From the NCBI GenBank assembly GCA_964016885.1, contig OZ024757.1, positions 5,518,001 through 5,582,000 of the forward strand: DNA of 64,000 nt, written 5' to 3'. The number at the start of each line of letters is the position of its first letter. Position 1 is the first letter of the stretch. Both the position numbers and the translations under genes were made by a program. Below, one piece after another: positions 52,756 through 64,000 of the stretch. Source of the stretch: Eledone cirrhosa (Eukaryota). The notes below the pieces were generated by a model, which did not search any database, was not told where the DNA came from, and saw only the letters and a program-made list of their open reading frames with translations.

Positions 52756-53444
52756 TAACAAAGTCATATCTCATTGTCTCAAAATGGTGAATTAATTACA
52801 CACAAATACATTTATATGAGTGAGAAGCCATAACACTATGATATTGGGGAGAAATTATTCTCTTTCATTGCTACATTTACATACAAACATATATATACTG
52901 GAGAAAAGCCATATCACTGTAATATTTGTGGTAAATTATTAACTATGAAAGCTCACTTAACTAGATACAAACATATACATACAGGAGAGAAACCATATCA
53001 CTGTGATATCTGTGGGAAATCATTCTCTGAAATAAGTCATTCACTTGGCACTAACATTTACAGAAAAGAAACCATATCACTGTGATGTCTGTGACAAATC
53101 ATACTCTAAATGTTGTGGCTTCACTACACACTAACATATACAGGAGAGGAACCACATCACTGTGATGTCTATGATAAATCATACTCTAAATGTTGTGGCA
53201 TCTCTATACATGAACATCTACATACCGGAAAGGAACCATATCACTGTGATGTCTGTGGTAAATTATTTTCTAAATGTTGTCTTCACTAGACACTAACATA
53301 TACAGGAGAGGAACCATATCACTGTGATGTATGTGGTAAATCATTCTCTTGTAAAGGTTACTTAATGCATCACAAACACATTCAGACAAAATAAAAACCA
53401 TATCAATCACCCAAAATAATGCCACCAATGTTGTTAATGTTTTG

Positions 53445-53530
53445 AATAAAACGTGTTTATTCTGAAATTATTCTCCTTTAATGTTATTTGTAGAAGTTGT
53501 AACCAAGACTTGTGCTGACAAAACTGTATG
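53445..53530 (+). terminator. Polyadenylation region of ZNF gene 2
   Basis: AATAAA plus the downstream block shared with gene 1. Confidence 0.6.
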
Positions 53531-53692
53531 GTACAGAATTTACAAACACTATATATAGTAATAATAATAATAAATGGGAAGAATAAAATCCGAAGAGGGC
53601 TCGATAAGGATAAATATATATCAAATACATAAATACCATAGAAGAAAGATTTATTAAAATAACAGATTAAAGTTTAAGCAAAGAATATATAT

Positions 53693-54135
53693 ACTAGACC
53701 TGAAAAATGCTCAAGCTCAAAAGAGCCACAGAATGTTATAATAAACCTTCAATATTGTGGGACTAGAGTTGTTGCTCAAAAATATTGTAATCATTATCTA
53801 TCGTACACTCTGTGACACCCTTTTATAAAAAAGAGACTCAACGAACTCAAGATGACACGATAATTATTTAAGCTAATGTTCAATATCTCATATTAGATGT
53901 TTAGTAATGATTAATACAAAATGCACTTAAACCAAATTCTATATTATATATTCACTTAAATAAGTATTGTGTTGTCTTAAGTTCGTTATGAGTCTCTTTT
54001 TTATAAAAGGATGCCACAGAGTGTACGATAGATAATGGTTACAATATTTTTGAGCAACAACTCTAGTCTCACACTTTTGAAGGTTTATTATAACATTCTG
54101 TGGCTCTTTTGAGCTTGCGCATTTTTCAGGTCTAG
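53693..54135. mobile_element. Fold-back/MITE-like element, about 180-bp inverted arms
   Basis: ACTAGACCTGAAAAATGC... versus ...GCATTTTTCAGGTCTAGT; no TSD seen. Confidence 0.7.
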
Positions 54136-54444
54136 TTTAATATTTTTTTAAGGCAACGCATGTAATAACTCTAGTTAAACATGATATATATTAATAATAA
54201 ATTATAGTTGTAATGTAATTAGATTATATAATTGTTATTTTATAAATGATCTTATAAATATTATTGTAAGATGTATTGAAATATTTTCAGACTTTTAATA
54301 TAAACAACTACAAAAAACAATCAATATTAAATAAATATATTTTACATAATAATGATTATAGTTGAATTAATAAAAATTAAATATTACACACAAATAGATT
54401 ATTTTTTTATTATTATGTTAGACTATTTGTGTGTAATATTTAAT

Positions 54445-54679
54445 TTCGTTATAACATGCTTATATTATTGGTTGTATCATATTTACTTGTATATATGTCC
54501 ATATTATTGTTCGTTTTATGTTAGATTATTTTATTATTATTATGTTAGATTATTTTTTTATTATTATGTTAGACTAACATAATAATAATAAAATAATCTA
54601 ACATAAAACGAACAATAACATGGACAAATATACAAGTAAATATGATACAACCAATAATATAAGCATGTTATAACGAAAT
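54445..54679. repeat. Near-perfect palindrome without a real spacer
   Basis: Centre GTTAG-A-CTAAC near 54573; arms over 100 bp. Confidence 0.9.
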
Positions 54680-55504
54680 GAAAAAAAATAGTTAATATAA
54701 ATTTAAAAAATCGTATATAAATTAACAATATAGCTTAACAAAACGAGAAAAATATTTTGATGATAAACGACGAAATACAGGAGGAAGATTCAAAAGCGAA
54801 ACGATAAATAAGCGTGCAAACAAAGTAGCGGATGCTTTTGAGCAACAATTACTCTCATTGGTTGATTAGCCAATAAGACGATGAAATTAGCCAGTAAGAC
54901 GATACATTACAAAACATATTTGGGAGGGATGACCACGGCCAGCGAAACCCATTGAATTTTTTATTCACAAGCTACGCATATATGTCAGACACGCAAACTT
55001 AAACCATTCTGTTGTTAGTCACTGCGTATCTAACATATATTTATGAGTGTATATGTATGTGTGTAGAAATTTCTGTCCATGAATATGATTGTATCTTTAT
55101 TTGTGTATATGTATATCTATATGTGAGTATGTATATGTACGTGTGTATAATTATGTGTATCTGTCTGTACGTATGTGTATGTTTATATATGTGTTTTTAT
55201 ATACATGTGTGCACATCTGGATATATTTTCAGTGTCTGTTCTAGCTCTCTCAGTACAAATCCCACTGACGTGAAGCTACTTATATATTTTGAGGTCCATA
55301 AATGAAATACCAGTGAAATACTGAGGTTGATTCTTCCTGTTTGTCTGTCTGTCTACTCTTCTCCCTCTCTCTCTCTATATATATATATGAGCGCGACACT
55401 TGCCTCTAAATTGGACAAACCCGTCTAACCCATGCTAGCGTGGAAGATAGACATTAATCGATGATGATGATATCTAGGGATTGTAACATTATTACCACAA
55501 CAGA

Positions 55505-55579
55505 AGTCTGATGAGCTATTGATTTTAGAGTCAGGCTAGATCGAACCTTGAGCTGATCAATAGCAAAACGTGCTTCACT
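55505..55579 (+). ncRNA. Decayed hammerhead motif (GAAA changed to AAAA)
   Basis: AGT-CTGATGA-GCTATTGAT...ATCAATAGC-AAAA-CGTGCT-TC-ACT. Confidence 0.5.
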
Positions 55580-56051
55580 GCTCAATAAACGTAATGAAGA
55601 CATGACAAACCTTCCTTTATATATATGTATATATACACATATATATTTCTATTGGTGCTTTAAGATAGTGACGTATATAGGAATGTATGTATTGTATATT
55701 TAACAATATACTGTATGTTTAGTTAAAAACACTTTGAAGGCCTTTTGCTATGAGTTTAAGGTATTGACTATAGTCACACACCTGGCTTCAGCAAAACCAA
55801 AGGGAAATAACCAACCATTGTTTCTCACTTTTTAATGGTTATCAAGGTTATATATCCCCTATTTTTGCTGTGAGCTGTAGAAGGTGGATTCTTATAGAAT
55901 TCCAATTATGTTTATGTGCTGTTTAAACTCATTAACATACAGGTTGCCTGAAGCTAGCTATGTGACGTCTGTCAATACCTTAAATTCATAGCGCAGGGCC
56001 TTCAAAATGTTTTTACATAAACATACAGCATATTATTAAATATACCTACAT

Positions 56052-56660
56052 TCATATATATATAAAACTGAGGGTCTGTCTGTGTGTGTGTGAATCCCTA
56101 AAACTCGAGAAGTACCCAACCGATTTTTTTCAAACTTTACATGTGTATTACTTATATTTCAGGGAGTGTTATGCACATTAAAAAATTCAACTTGTTGATC
56201 CCCTAGGGCCCGCAGTAGGTGAAAAACTTTTTTAAGCTTTTTAGTTTTTTATTAGGCGTTATGTCAGACTGATTTACTTGAAATTGTAACTATGTATTAG
56301 TCAGTCTCTTCTTCATACTGTGAGCAAAGAAAATCCAACTTTTTTATGGCCTAGGGCCCACATTAGGTGAAAAACTTCATTTTTTCAGCTTCTTGGAGGT
56401 ATTACGTCTAGCCGATTTTTCCAGAAAATTTCAAGGCATATTATGCACATAAAAAAATTCATCCCCTAGGGCCTGCATTAGGTGAAAACCTGCATTTTTC
56501 CTGCTTCATCGAGGAAAATATTAAAGATTATCCAACCATCAGAGTATTCGGCTTATTTTCTTTACATATTGTCCAGGCAGCAGTTTTTCCACGATTAGGT
56601 CTGTTGGCGGCCTGCGTTCCAAAATCCCTTATCCTGTGAAACGCCGGGTACCACTGCTAG
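56052..56660 (+). mobile_element. Non-autonomous Helitron with about three internal subrepeats
   Basis: TCATATATATATAAAACTGAG ... CCTGTGAAACGCCGGGTACCACTGCTAG|T; CCTAGGGCC..CA.TAGGTGAAAA occurs three times. Confidence 0.85.
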
Positions 56661-57187
56661 TATGTATATACACTTAAGAAAATTAACAAATTGAGGACCA
56701 GACAAATGAAAACACGGCAAAACGAAAAACCCTTTTTTTAAGGCGAAACCGTAAAGAATCATTTTTTGAAAATGAAAATACAAATGAAAGGCACAGAACT
56801 CTAGGTTCATCAGCTGTTGAGATGGACCTTGCCAGTTTCAACCCCTACCAATGGTATTGCTTGTACACCCGGGGTGAGAGGAGATCACATATTAAAATAC
56901 GCTCATCAGATCTCAGACCATCTGCAGTTTCAATCTGAGATTACTGCAAAGAATGGGAGGCTCGAAACAATGGAGAAATAAATATCTTCGTTAGTACCCA
57001 TTCTATTTCTTCAAGTCAACTCACAGCCGCTGATTTCTGTCCTTCGAGGTAATGTTTTACCCAACACCACTTCGATGGTATTTTACTGTTTTAACAGCTT
57101 CCTTACGCTGAGTTTTTCTACTTTCCTACAAATTCTAATACACTGGCGTTTCAAAACTCGATATCCGAGTTAATATTCTTTATATAT

Positions 57188-57860
57188 AAAAGGAAAACGA
57201 AGACAGACATATACATATATGTGTTCAAATCGTAAGGGACTACATTTGCTAAGGTGAAAAGAATACTAACTATAGACAATAGGGTTTGTCAGACTTAATT
57301 TAAGAATAAATCAAGAAAATAAATACAAACCATAATTGCGGTAACTACCAATCACCCGGACAGTTTTGCTAATACTGTTTCGCAGTATTAATTGTGAAAA
57401 GGACTACCATATTCTCGCTGATCAGCGAGTGAAGAAATATTTGTATCCTGGTCACTTCTAAAAAAAACTGGATAGTGTGTTTATATATAACGCACATGGT
57501 ATCAGAACTTAGCGTGTCTCGCAAACTCACACCACTAAAAATAGCAGCCAGGTTTACTCGACATTTGAATTAACTCAACGAATTAACGGAGCCGAATATA
57601 TTCAAGGCATATATTGAGTTAGAAACTCAAAATAGTCTCTTACAATAAATTAGCTCTAGGAAATTGTTTATAGTTAGTATTCTTTTTACCTTAGCGAATC
57701 TAGTCCCTTACGATTTGACCACATATATGTATATGTCTGTGTTCGTTTTTCTTTTTGTTCAGTTATAATATACGGCTCAGAAAAATCTCTTTCCTAGAGC
57801 TAATTTATTGTAAGAGACTATTTTGAGTTTCTAACTCAATATATGCCTTAAATATATTCT
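57188..57860. repeat. Interlocked inverted repeats A..B A' B'
   Basis: 57188-57281 pairs with 57662-57755; 57594-57663 pairs with 57790-57860. Confidence 0.85.
57353..57431 (-). ncRNA. Hammerhead motif with core substitution (CTGATCA)
   Basis: Reverse complement CACTCG-CTGATCA-GC...GC-GAAA-CAGT..ACTG-TC-CGGGTG. Confidence 0.58.
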
Positions 57861-58153
57861 TTATATATATATAGGTTAGGGCGGTTAAAATTCCTGAGAT
57901 CCATGGACGAGTTCTCTCCTGTGGTCTCTGTCCCTCATCATCGCTGCCATGTCCTGCATCTCCAAGGGACTGGTGTCTGTCCTTAGGGCATCAATATATG
58001 TCAACCTCGGTCTCCATCTTCTAGTGTGTCCCACAGGAACACTGAGTGCAGTGTCAACTCTGAATGTCGGTGAGCATGTCCAGCTAACCTCAGTCTCCTC
58101 TGTGCTACATTTCAGATGACTTTAGGGAAGGTCCCATACAGCTCTGGTTTCTT

Positions 58154-58185
<32 letters not shown>

Positions 58186-58327
58186 TATATAATATATGTA
58201 GTAATAAACACAGTAAACCGTGTGTCTAATATTACGAGGGTTGAAGAACCACATTTTTTTGAAATATTTAACCATGAAACAGACAGAAAGAGATAAATAT
58301 ATACAGACCACCTCAATAACTATTATA

Positions 58328-58409
58328 TCTCCCGGACAGATTAGTGATTAATCTGTTTCACCCTGGGTGTGTTTGTAACAGATAATCCACGGGCATCATC
58401 AGCGAGAGA
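58328..58409 (-). ncRNA. Type I hammerhead ribozyme with a 7-bp stem III
   Basis: Reverse complement TCTCTCG-CTGATGA-T-GCCC...GGGT-GAAA-CAGATTA atcac TAATCTG-TC-CGGGAGA. Confidence 0.75.
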
Positions 58410-58479
58410 ATCTGGTTAAATGTGAAATAGTCATTTTGTGTGACTGTTAGCATTAGGTGTTTGTCGCATTTAATCAGAT

Positions 58480-58565
58480 TCTCTCGTTGACGATGCCCGT
58501 GGATTAATTATCTGTTACAAAGACACTCAGGGCGAAACAGATTAATCACTAATCTGTCTGGGAGA
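58480..58565 (+). ncRNA. Inverted partner hammerhead (core TTGACGA)
   Basis: TCTCTCG-TTGACGA-T-GCCC...GGGC-GAAA-CAGATTA atcac TAATCTG-TC-TGGGAGA. Confidence 0.62.
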
Positions 58566-59225
58566 TATAATAGTTATTGAGGCAGTCTTTACTGTGTTTA
58601 TTACTACATATATTATTATTATAATGCTCAGTATTTATACTTTGGGCTTGTTAATTACAGGGTTTCAGTATGAGTTATTAACTCTACCTTTCATTTATAT
58701 ATATATTCGACTGCGGACGGCTAACATACACGCCATCCAGGCCGAAACAAATGAGATCGTGTAGGTGTCACGACAAAAAAACACACAGTCCACGCTGTAA
58801 ATGTGGCCGTGTAGGCAACACGGTAAAAACCTCCCAGACCCACACTGTAAATGTGGTTGGTGTTAGGAAGGGCATCCAACTGTAGAAAACCTGCCAGACA
58901 GTCCTATGCGAGCAAGACAATCACTCTTGCCTCAAGTGGGAATACCCCCGTCCAAACCCATGCAAGCGTGGAACACGGAGGTTAAACGTTGATGATGATG
59001 ATGATGATGATGATGATACATATTGTTATACTTAGGGAGGGTCATATTGTTAAAATATTGCGAGAAATAATAACAGAACATACTCAGTTTTTCGTTTGGG
59101 TTGGTTTTCCCTTCTTTGTCTTTTATATCTCCATAGTTAATTTATCTGGCAATCAAAGTTTATTATTGACTGACCAACAGTTAAAAATACAGATATAAAT
59201 AAATATATATATATATATATATAGT

Positions 59226-59580
59226 CTATCGAAGTTCTTTCGACACATATCCGTGGCTCCCGATTCTGTCTCTTTGGTTGTAGCCAGAGAACTGCATGCA
59301 GTTGATAAATTGTTGGATGTGTCTTTCCATTTCAGTTGGGTCACACATGCGGGACACATTCTTCATCACTCTTACTAAGTCTGCAATCAGAATATTAAAC
59401 TTGGCACTATTGGACATTGCTGAGATTTTTAGTATCAGGTATTTGGAGGCCATGGGTTTAGCATAATGTGAGTGGAGAATTTGGGCCCTCTTGTCTGTAA
59501 TGTTTAACCACAGTTCCGTGTCTAATAGTGGTAGTCTATTGTTAGGGTTATTGGAAAGGTAGTCACACATTCTATAACCT
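59226..59580 (-). mobile_element. RT thumb fragment of a second Penelope-like family
   Basis: LPLLD..W...HYAKPMAS..ISAM...K.NIL..DL.R...N...MQFSGY pattern. Confidence 0.65.
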
Positions 59581-59692
59581 CCTCAATGACAAGGCTGTTA
59601 TTTAGAATCTCTCCTGTGTTCTGTCCGACACCATCTAGTTTTTGTGAACTCATAAAAACAAGAGGTTATTTCGTTTGTTGTTTAGTAAAAAT

Positions 59693-60835
59693 TAAATAAA
59701 GCTGATAACATCTTTGAAACTTCTAATTTGATAACAAAGAGATTATTTCTTTGGTTGTTTAGTAACAACTAACAACACAACACATTGATTACATCTGAAG
59801 GAGGTAAGTTGACAATGATTTACTTAATGTCTATATTAATGTGTGTAAATAATAGAATTATGTGAACCCTTCAACGATACAGTAATTATATACAAGTGAA
59901 AATATAACAACATTAGAAAAATATATTTCTTCAATATAGTCAATGTTAATCCTAACTTTGCTGACTGTTTCTCTATACATGGCTTTATGATCATGTCTCC
60001 AAAACATGTACCAGACAGTGTTTCAGGTAGCTCTTTACAGTATTAGAACCTTATTATGTCACCAACGAAACCCTACACCAACAGATGTCCCTTCAATATC
60101 AAAACAGCTCCCTGAAATACAGTTATTCAATCCCTATTTCACAGGTTAACCCAGACATAGTCCCAAAGAAAGGAAATCCTTGTGGAATCATAGGCGTACC
60201 TTAGTGACATATAACATTTATTGGGTATTTTAGACCTGGTGGAGACCACACCCTTCTTCCAGATCTGAATACACTTGATTTCTTCCAGAGAAAGGGATAT
60301 ATGTGTATATAAATATATATATATATGGACCTGTAAATCTTGGGGTAGTCGTAGGGGTACTCTAGTGGATTTCAGTCTTTGTTGCACATATTTTAAAACC
60401 TGATGGATCCCATCTCCTCTCTCCAGGTCTGAACACAATTGAGATCTGAATAAAACTTCAGGTGAAATCAGATATTGTATGGATTCATATAGATTCATTA
60501 GACCCCTGGTCTAAACACAGCTGATTCCTCCCGGAGAAGGAGAGAGAAGTGAGAAAAAGATATTGAGAAAGAATTGACTCCTACTAATATAAAGGTGGAA
60601 GTTAAACTGGTGTTGACATGTCATCAGGAGAGGAGATGATAGCTATGATAGAAAGTCCTATAAGAATGAATTTGTCTTTGGTTGTTTAATAAAAACTAAC
60701 ACAACACATTGATTATATGTGAAAAAGTAAGTTGACAAAGATTTACTGAATGTCTATATTAATGTAAATAATATAATTATGTGAACCCTTCAACGATGCA
60801 GTAATTATATACAAGTGAAAATATATATAACAATA
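59693..60835 (+). other. Two partial copies of the first-exon/donor module (donors at 59804 and 60727) around a segment shared with 24630-25000
   Basis: AAATAAAGCTGATAACAT..GAAGGAG|GTAAGT; second copy GAAAAA|GTAAGT. Confidence 0.7.
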
Positions 60836-60837
60836 TT

Positions 60838-62452
60838 ACCACTAATGATAAATACTATACTGTACATTGGATAATGCAGTCCTTGATACACTATGTCTGA
60901 TAGCCACTAATACTAACTTCTATACAGTACATTAGATAATGTAGTCCTAGATATACTATGTCTGATAGCCACTAATACTAACTACTGTACTGTACATTAG
61001 ATAATGTAGTCCTAGATATACTATGTCTGATAGTGACTAATACTAACTACTATAGTGTACATTATATAATGTAGTCCTAGATACACTATGTCTGATAGCC
61101 GCTAATACTAACTACTATACTGTACATTAGATAATGTAGTCCTAGATATACTATGTCTGATAGCCACTAACACGAACTACTATACTGTACATTAGATAAT
61201 GTAGTCCTAGATATACTATGTCTGATAGCCACTAACACGAACTACTATACTGTACATTAGATAATGTAGTCCTAGATACACTATGTCTGATAGCCACTAA
61301 CACTAACTACTATACTTTACATTAGATAATGTACTCCTACACACTATATATGATAGCCAGTAATACTAACTACTGTACATTAGATAATGTAGTCCCAGAT
61401 ACACTATGTCTGACAGCCACTAATACCAACCATTATACTGTACATTAGAAAATGTAGTCCTTGATACACTATGTATGATAGCCACTAACACTAACTACTG
61501 TACCGTACATTAGATAATGTAGTCCTAGATACATTATGTCTGAAAGCCACTAATACGAACTACTGTACTGTACATTAGATAATGTAGTCCTAGATATACT
61601 ATGTCTGATAGCCACTAATACTAAGTACTGTACATTAGATAATGTAGTCCTAGATATACTATGTCTGATAGCCACTAATACTAACTACTGTACTGTACAT
61701 TAGATAATGTAGTCCTAGATACACTATGTCTGATAGCCACCTATACTAACTACTATACTGTACATTAGATAATGTAGTCCTAGATACACTATGTCTGATA
61801 GCCACTAATACGAACTACTGTACTGTACATTAGATAATGTAGTCCTAGATACACTATGTCTGATAGTCGCTAATACGAACTACTGTACTGTACATTAGAT
61901 AATGTAGTCCTAGATACACTATGTCTGATAGCCACTAATACTAAGTACTGTACATTAGATAATGTAGTCCTAGATACACTCTGTCTGATAGCAACTAATA
62001 CTAACTACTGTACTGTACATTAGATAATGTAGTCCTAGATACACTATGTCTGATAGCTACTAATACTAACTACTGTACTGTACATTAGATAATGTAGTCC
62101 TAGATACACTATGTCTGATAGCCACTAATACTAACTACTGTACTGTACATTAGATAATGTAGTCCTAGATACACTATGTCTGATAGCCACTAATACTCAC
62201 TACTGTACTGTACATTAGATAATGTAGTCCTAGATACACTATGTCTGATAGTCACTAATACTAACTACTATATTGTACATTAGATAATGTAGTCCTAGAT
62301 AAACCATGTCTGATAGCCACTAATACTAACTACTATACTGTACATTAGATAATGTAGTCCTAGATAAATCATGTCTGATAGCCATTAATACTAACTACTA
62401 TACTGCACATAAGATAATGTAGTCCTAGATATACTGTGTCTGATAGTCACTA
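60838..62452. repeat. Tandem satellite, 65-bp unit (some 60 bp), about 25 copies
   Basis: 52-bp unit plus TAATACTAACTAC; period measured 61695, 61760, 61825. Confidence 0.97.
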
Positions 62453-64000
62453 GTATATACGTAGTTCCCAGGGAGATTCAGCGAGACAAAACGTGTGACA
62501 TGGCCTCCTATTTAAATACATATAGAACCCATCTTATATTATAATATGCCTGGGTATTTCATTGACACGTGTACCGTTGACATTATTCTCAGGGAGATTC
62601 AGTGTGACAATTCTATGTAACAACGTCCCCTATAATTACTGGTACAACTTATTTTTGCCAGCTGGGTGAAATGAAACAATGAGAAATAAAGTGTCTTGTT
62701 CAAGGCCTCAACGTACGGACCGCCCGGTCTGGGATTCGAACTCACGAATCATACGTTCATGTACGTGCTACCACCGCGTAAACCCGGTTTCCTCCACACA
62801 AAATACACCGGAATAATTTAATCCGGATTAATTCACGAACAAGAATTACAATAAGTCGCTGAGAGTGATCTCCCTTGGCTGACTTTAACATCTTTTCTTC
62901 TTCCATTAGAAATTAATTTGTTTCATGTCCGACTGAAAGACTCTGGAGTTTTTACCTGTCTTGGGTTTAATTAATGAGGAATTTTGAGGTATTTATAACA
63001 ATTATTAATTATTTCATTACTGAGATATCATTGGAAGGATTTACTGAAGTTTTTAATTATTAATTATTTTATTAGTAACTTAACATGTGGTTCTTGTATA
63101 AAATTATGTTGGAAGAATTTAGGAAGAAGCTATGTAGCCGGTCCTGGTAAAATAGACTCCCACGCTATGTAGCCGGTAAGAGTATCAGACTCCATGTGTT
63201 GCGGCCCTTTATGGTCTGAGTTGAAACAATTTAAAATCTTTTCCACCATCAATTGTTAAAAAAACAAGTTAAAGTCATTTTGTCGTCCATTCGTAAAGTA
63301 CGTTACACTTTAGTTACATACACATCTACTGTGTTACATACACACTTCTACTGTGTTACACACACATATCTACTGTGTTACACACACACACATCTACTGT
63401 GTTACATACACACACATCTACTGAGTTACATACACACAAATCTACTGTGTTACATACACACACATCTACTGAGTTACATACACACACATCTACTATGTTA
63501 CACACACACACATCTACTGTGTTACATACACACATCTACTGGGTTACATCTACTCATACATATTCATAAATAGACACACAATACAAAATAATGATTACAT
63601 ACACACACATCGATGTTATGATTGAGAAAGGAAGGGGCTGGTGAAACGCTATAGCGATGTGTGTTTTGCGTACCTTTCAGGTTTCCCGGCTTCGTAGCCT
63701 ATTCGAAGATTTTATTATAATTATGAACCTCGTATTTCAATTAATTATGAATAATTTTGAGCTATCTCTCACAATTGTTAGTTAATTACTAACATAGTAA
63801 CTTAACATATGGTTGTTATATAGAATTGCGTTGGAAGACTTTAATTTAGATAGGAACCGTTTCCATAGAATGAGAACCAGTTTTGGCTGGGTTTCTACCA
63901 AAAGGGTTAATGAAGAATTTTGAACAATTTACTAAAATTATTAATTATTTCATTACTAAGATAATGTGTGAATACACAATTATATATGTGTGTGTATATA

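Larger units (their letters stand above)
58190..58616. mobile_element. Inverted pseudo-LTR-like pair with two divergent hammerheads
   Basis: Arms are reverse-complementary around about 58425-58465. Confidence 0.75.

Noticed and set aside
56800-56920. Hammerhead on the minus strand (two CTGATGA and one GAAA)
   Set aside because: Stems II and III do not pair convincingly in either topology.

Overview
AT-rich eukaryotic DNA. The repeat content and zinc-finger style point to an octopus (coleoid cephalopod) C2H2 zinc-finger cluster; this taxon call is inference. Two paralogous poly-C2H2 genes lie on the + strand, each with the whole CDS in one exon. One spans 25380-27326 (22 fingers, in-frame TAA in finger 6); the other spans 50653-52635 (660 aa, 22 finger units). 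Both share a short N-terminal leader with a psi-K-x-E motif, a splice acceptor, a decayed-finger 3' UTR and a polyA region. A putative non-coding first-exon module recurs five times. Two of those copies are followed by related 52-bp and 65-bp palindromic satellite arrays inside a segmental duplication. The rest is nested mobile DNA: a near full-length CR1-like LINE with a polyQ/PHD ORF1, many RTE LINE fragments and partner CORE-type SINEs, a Naiad-like Penelope element with inverted pseudo-LTRs, four non-autonomous Helitrons, a Merlin derivative, a DD37D (maT) relic, MITEs and fold-backs. About eleven hammerhead-ribozyme motifs can be folded by eye, mostly in inverted repeats. All calls are manual reading; no searches were run and many boundaries are approximate.
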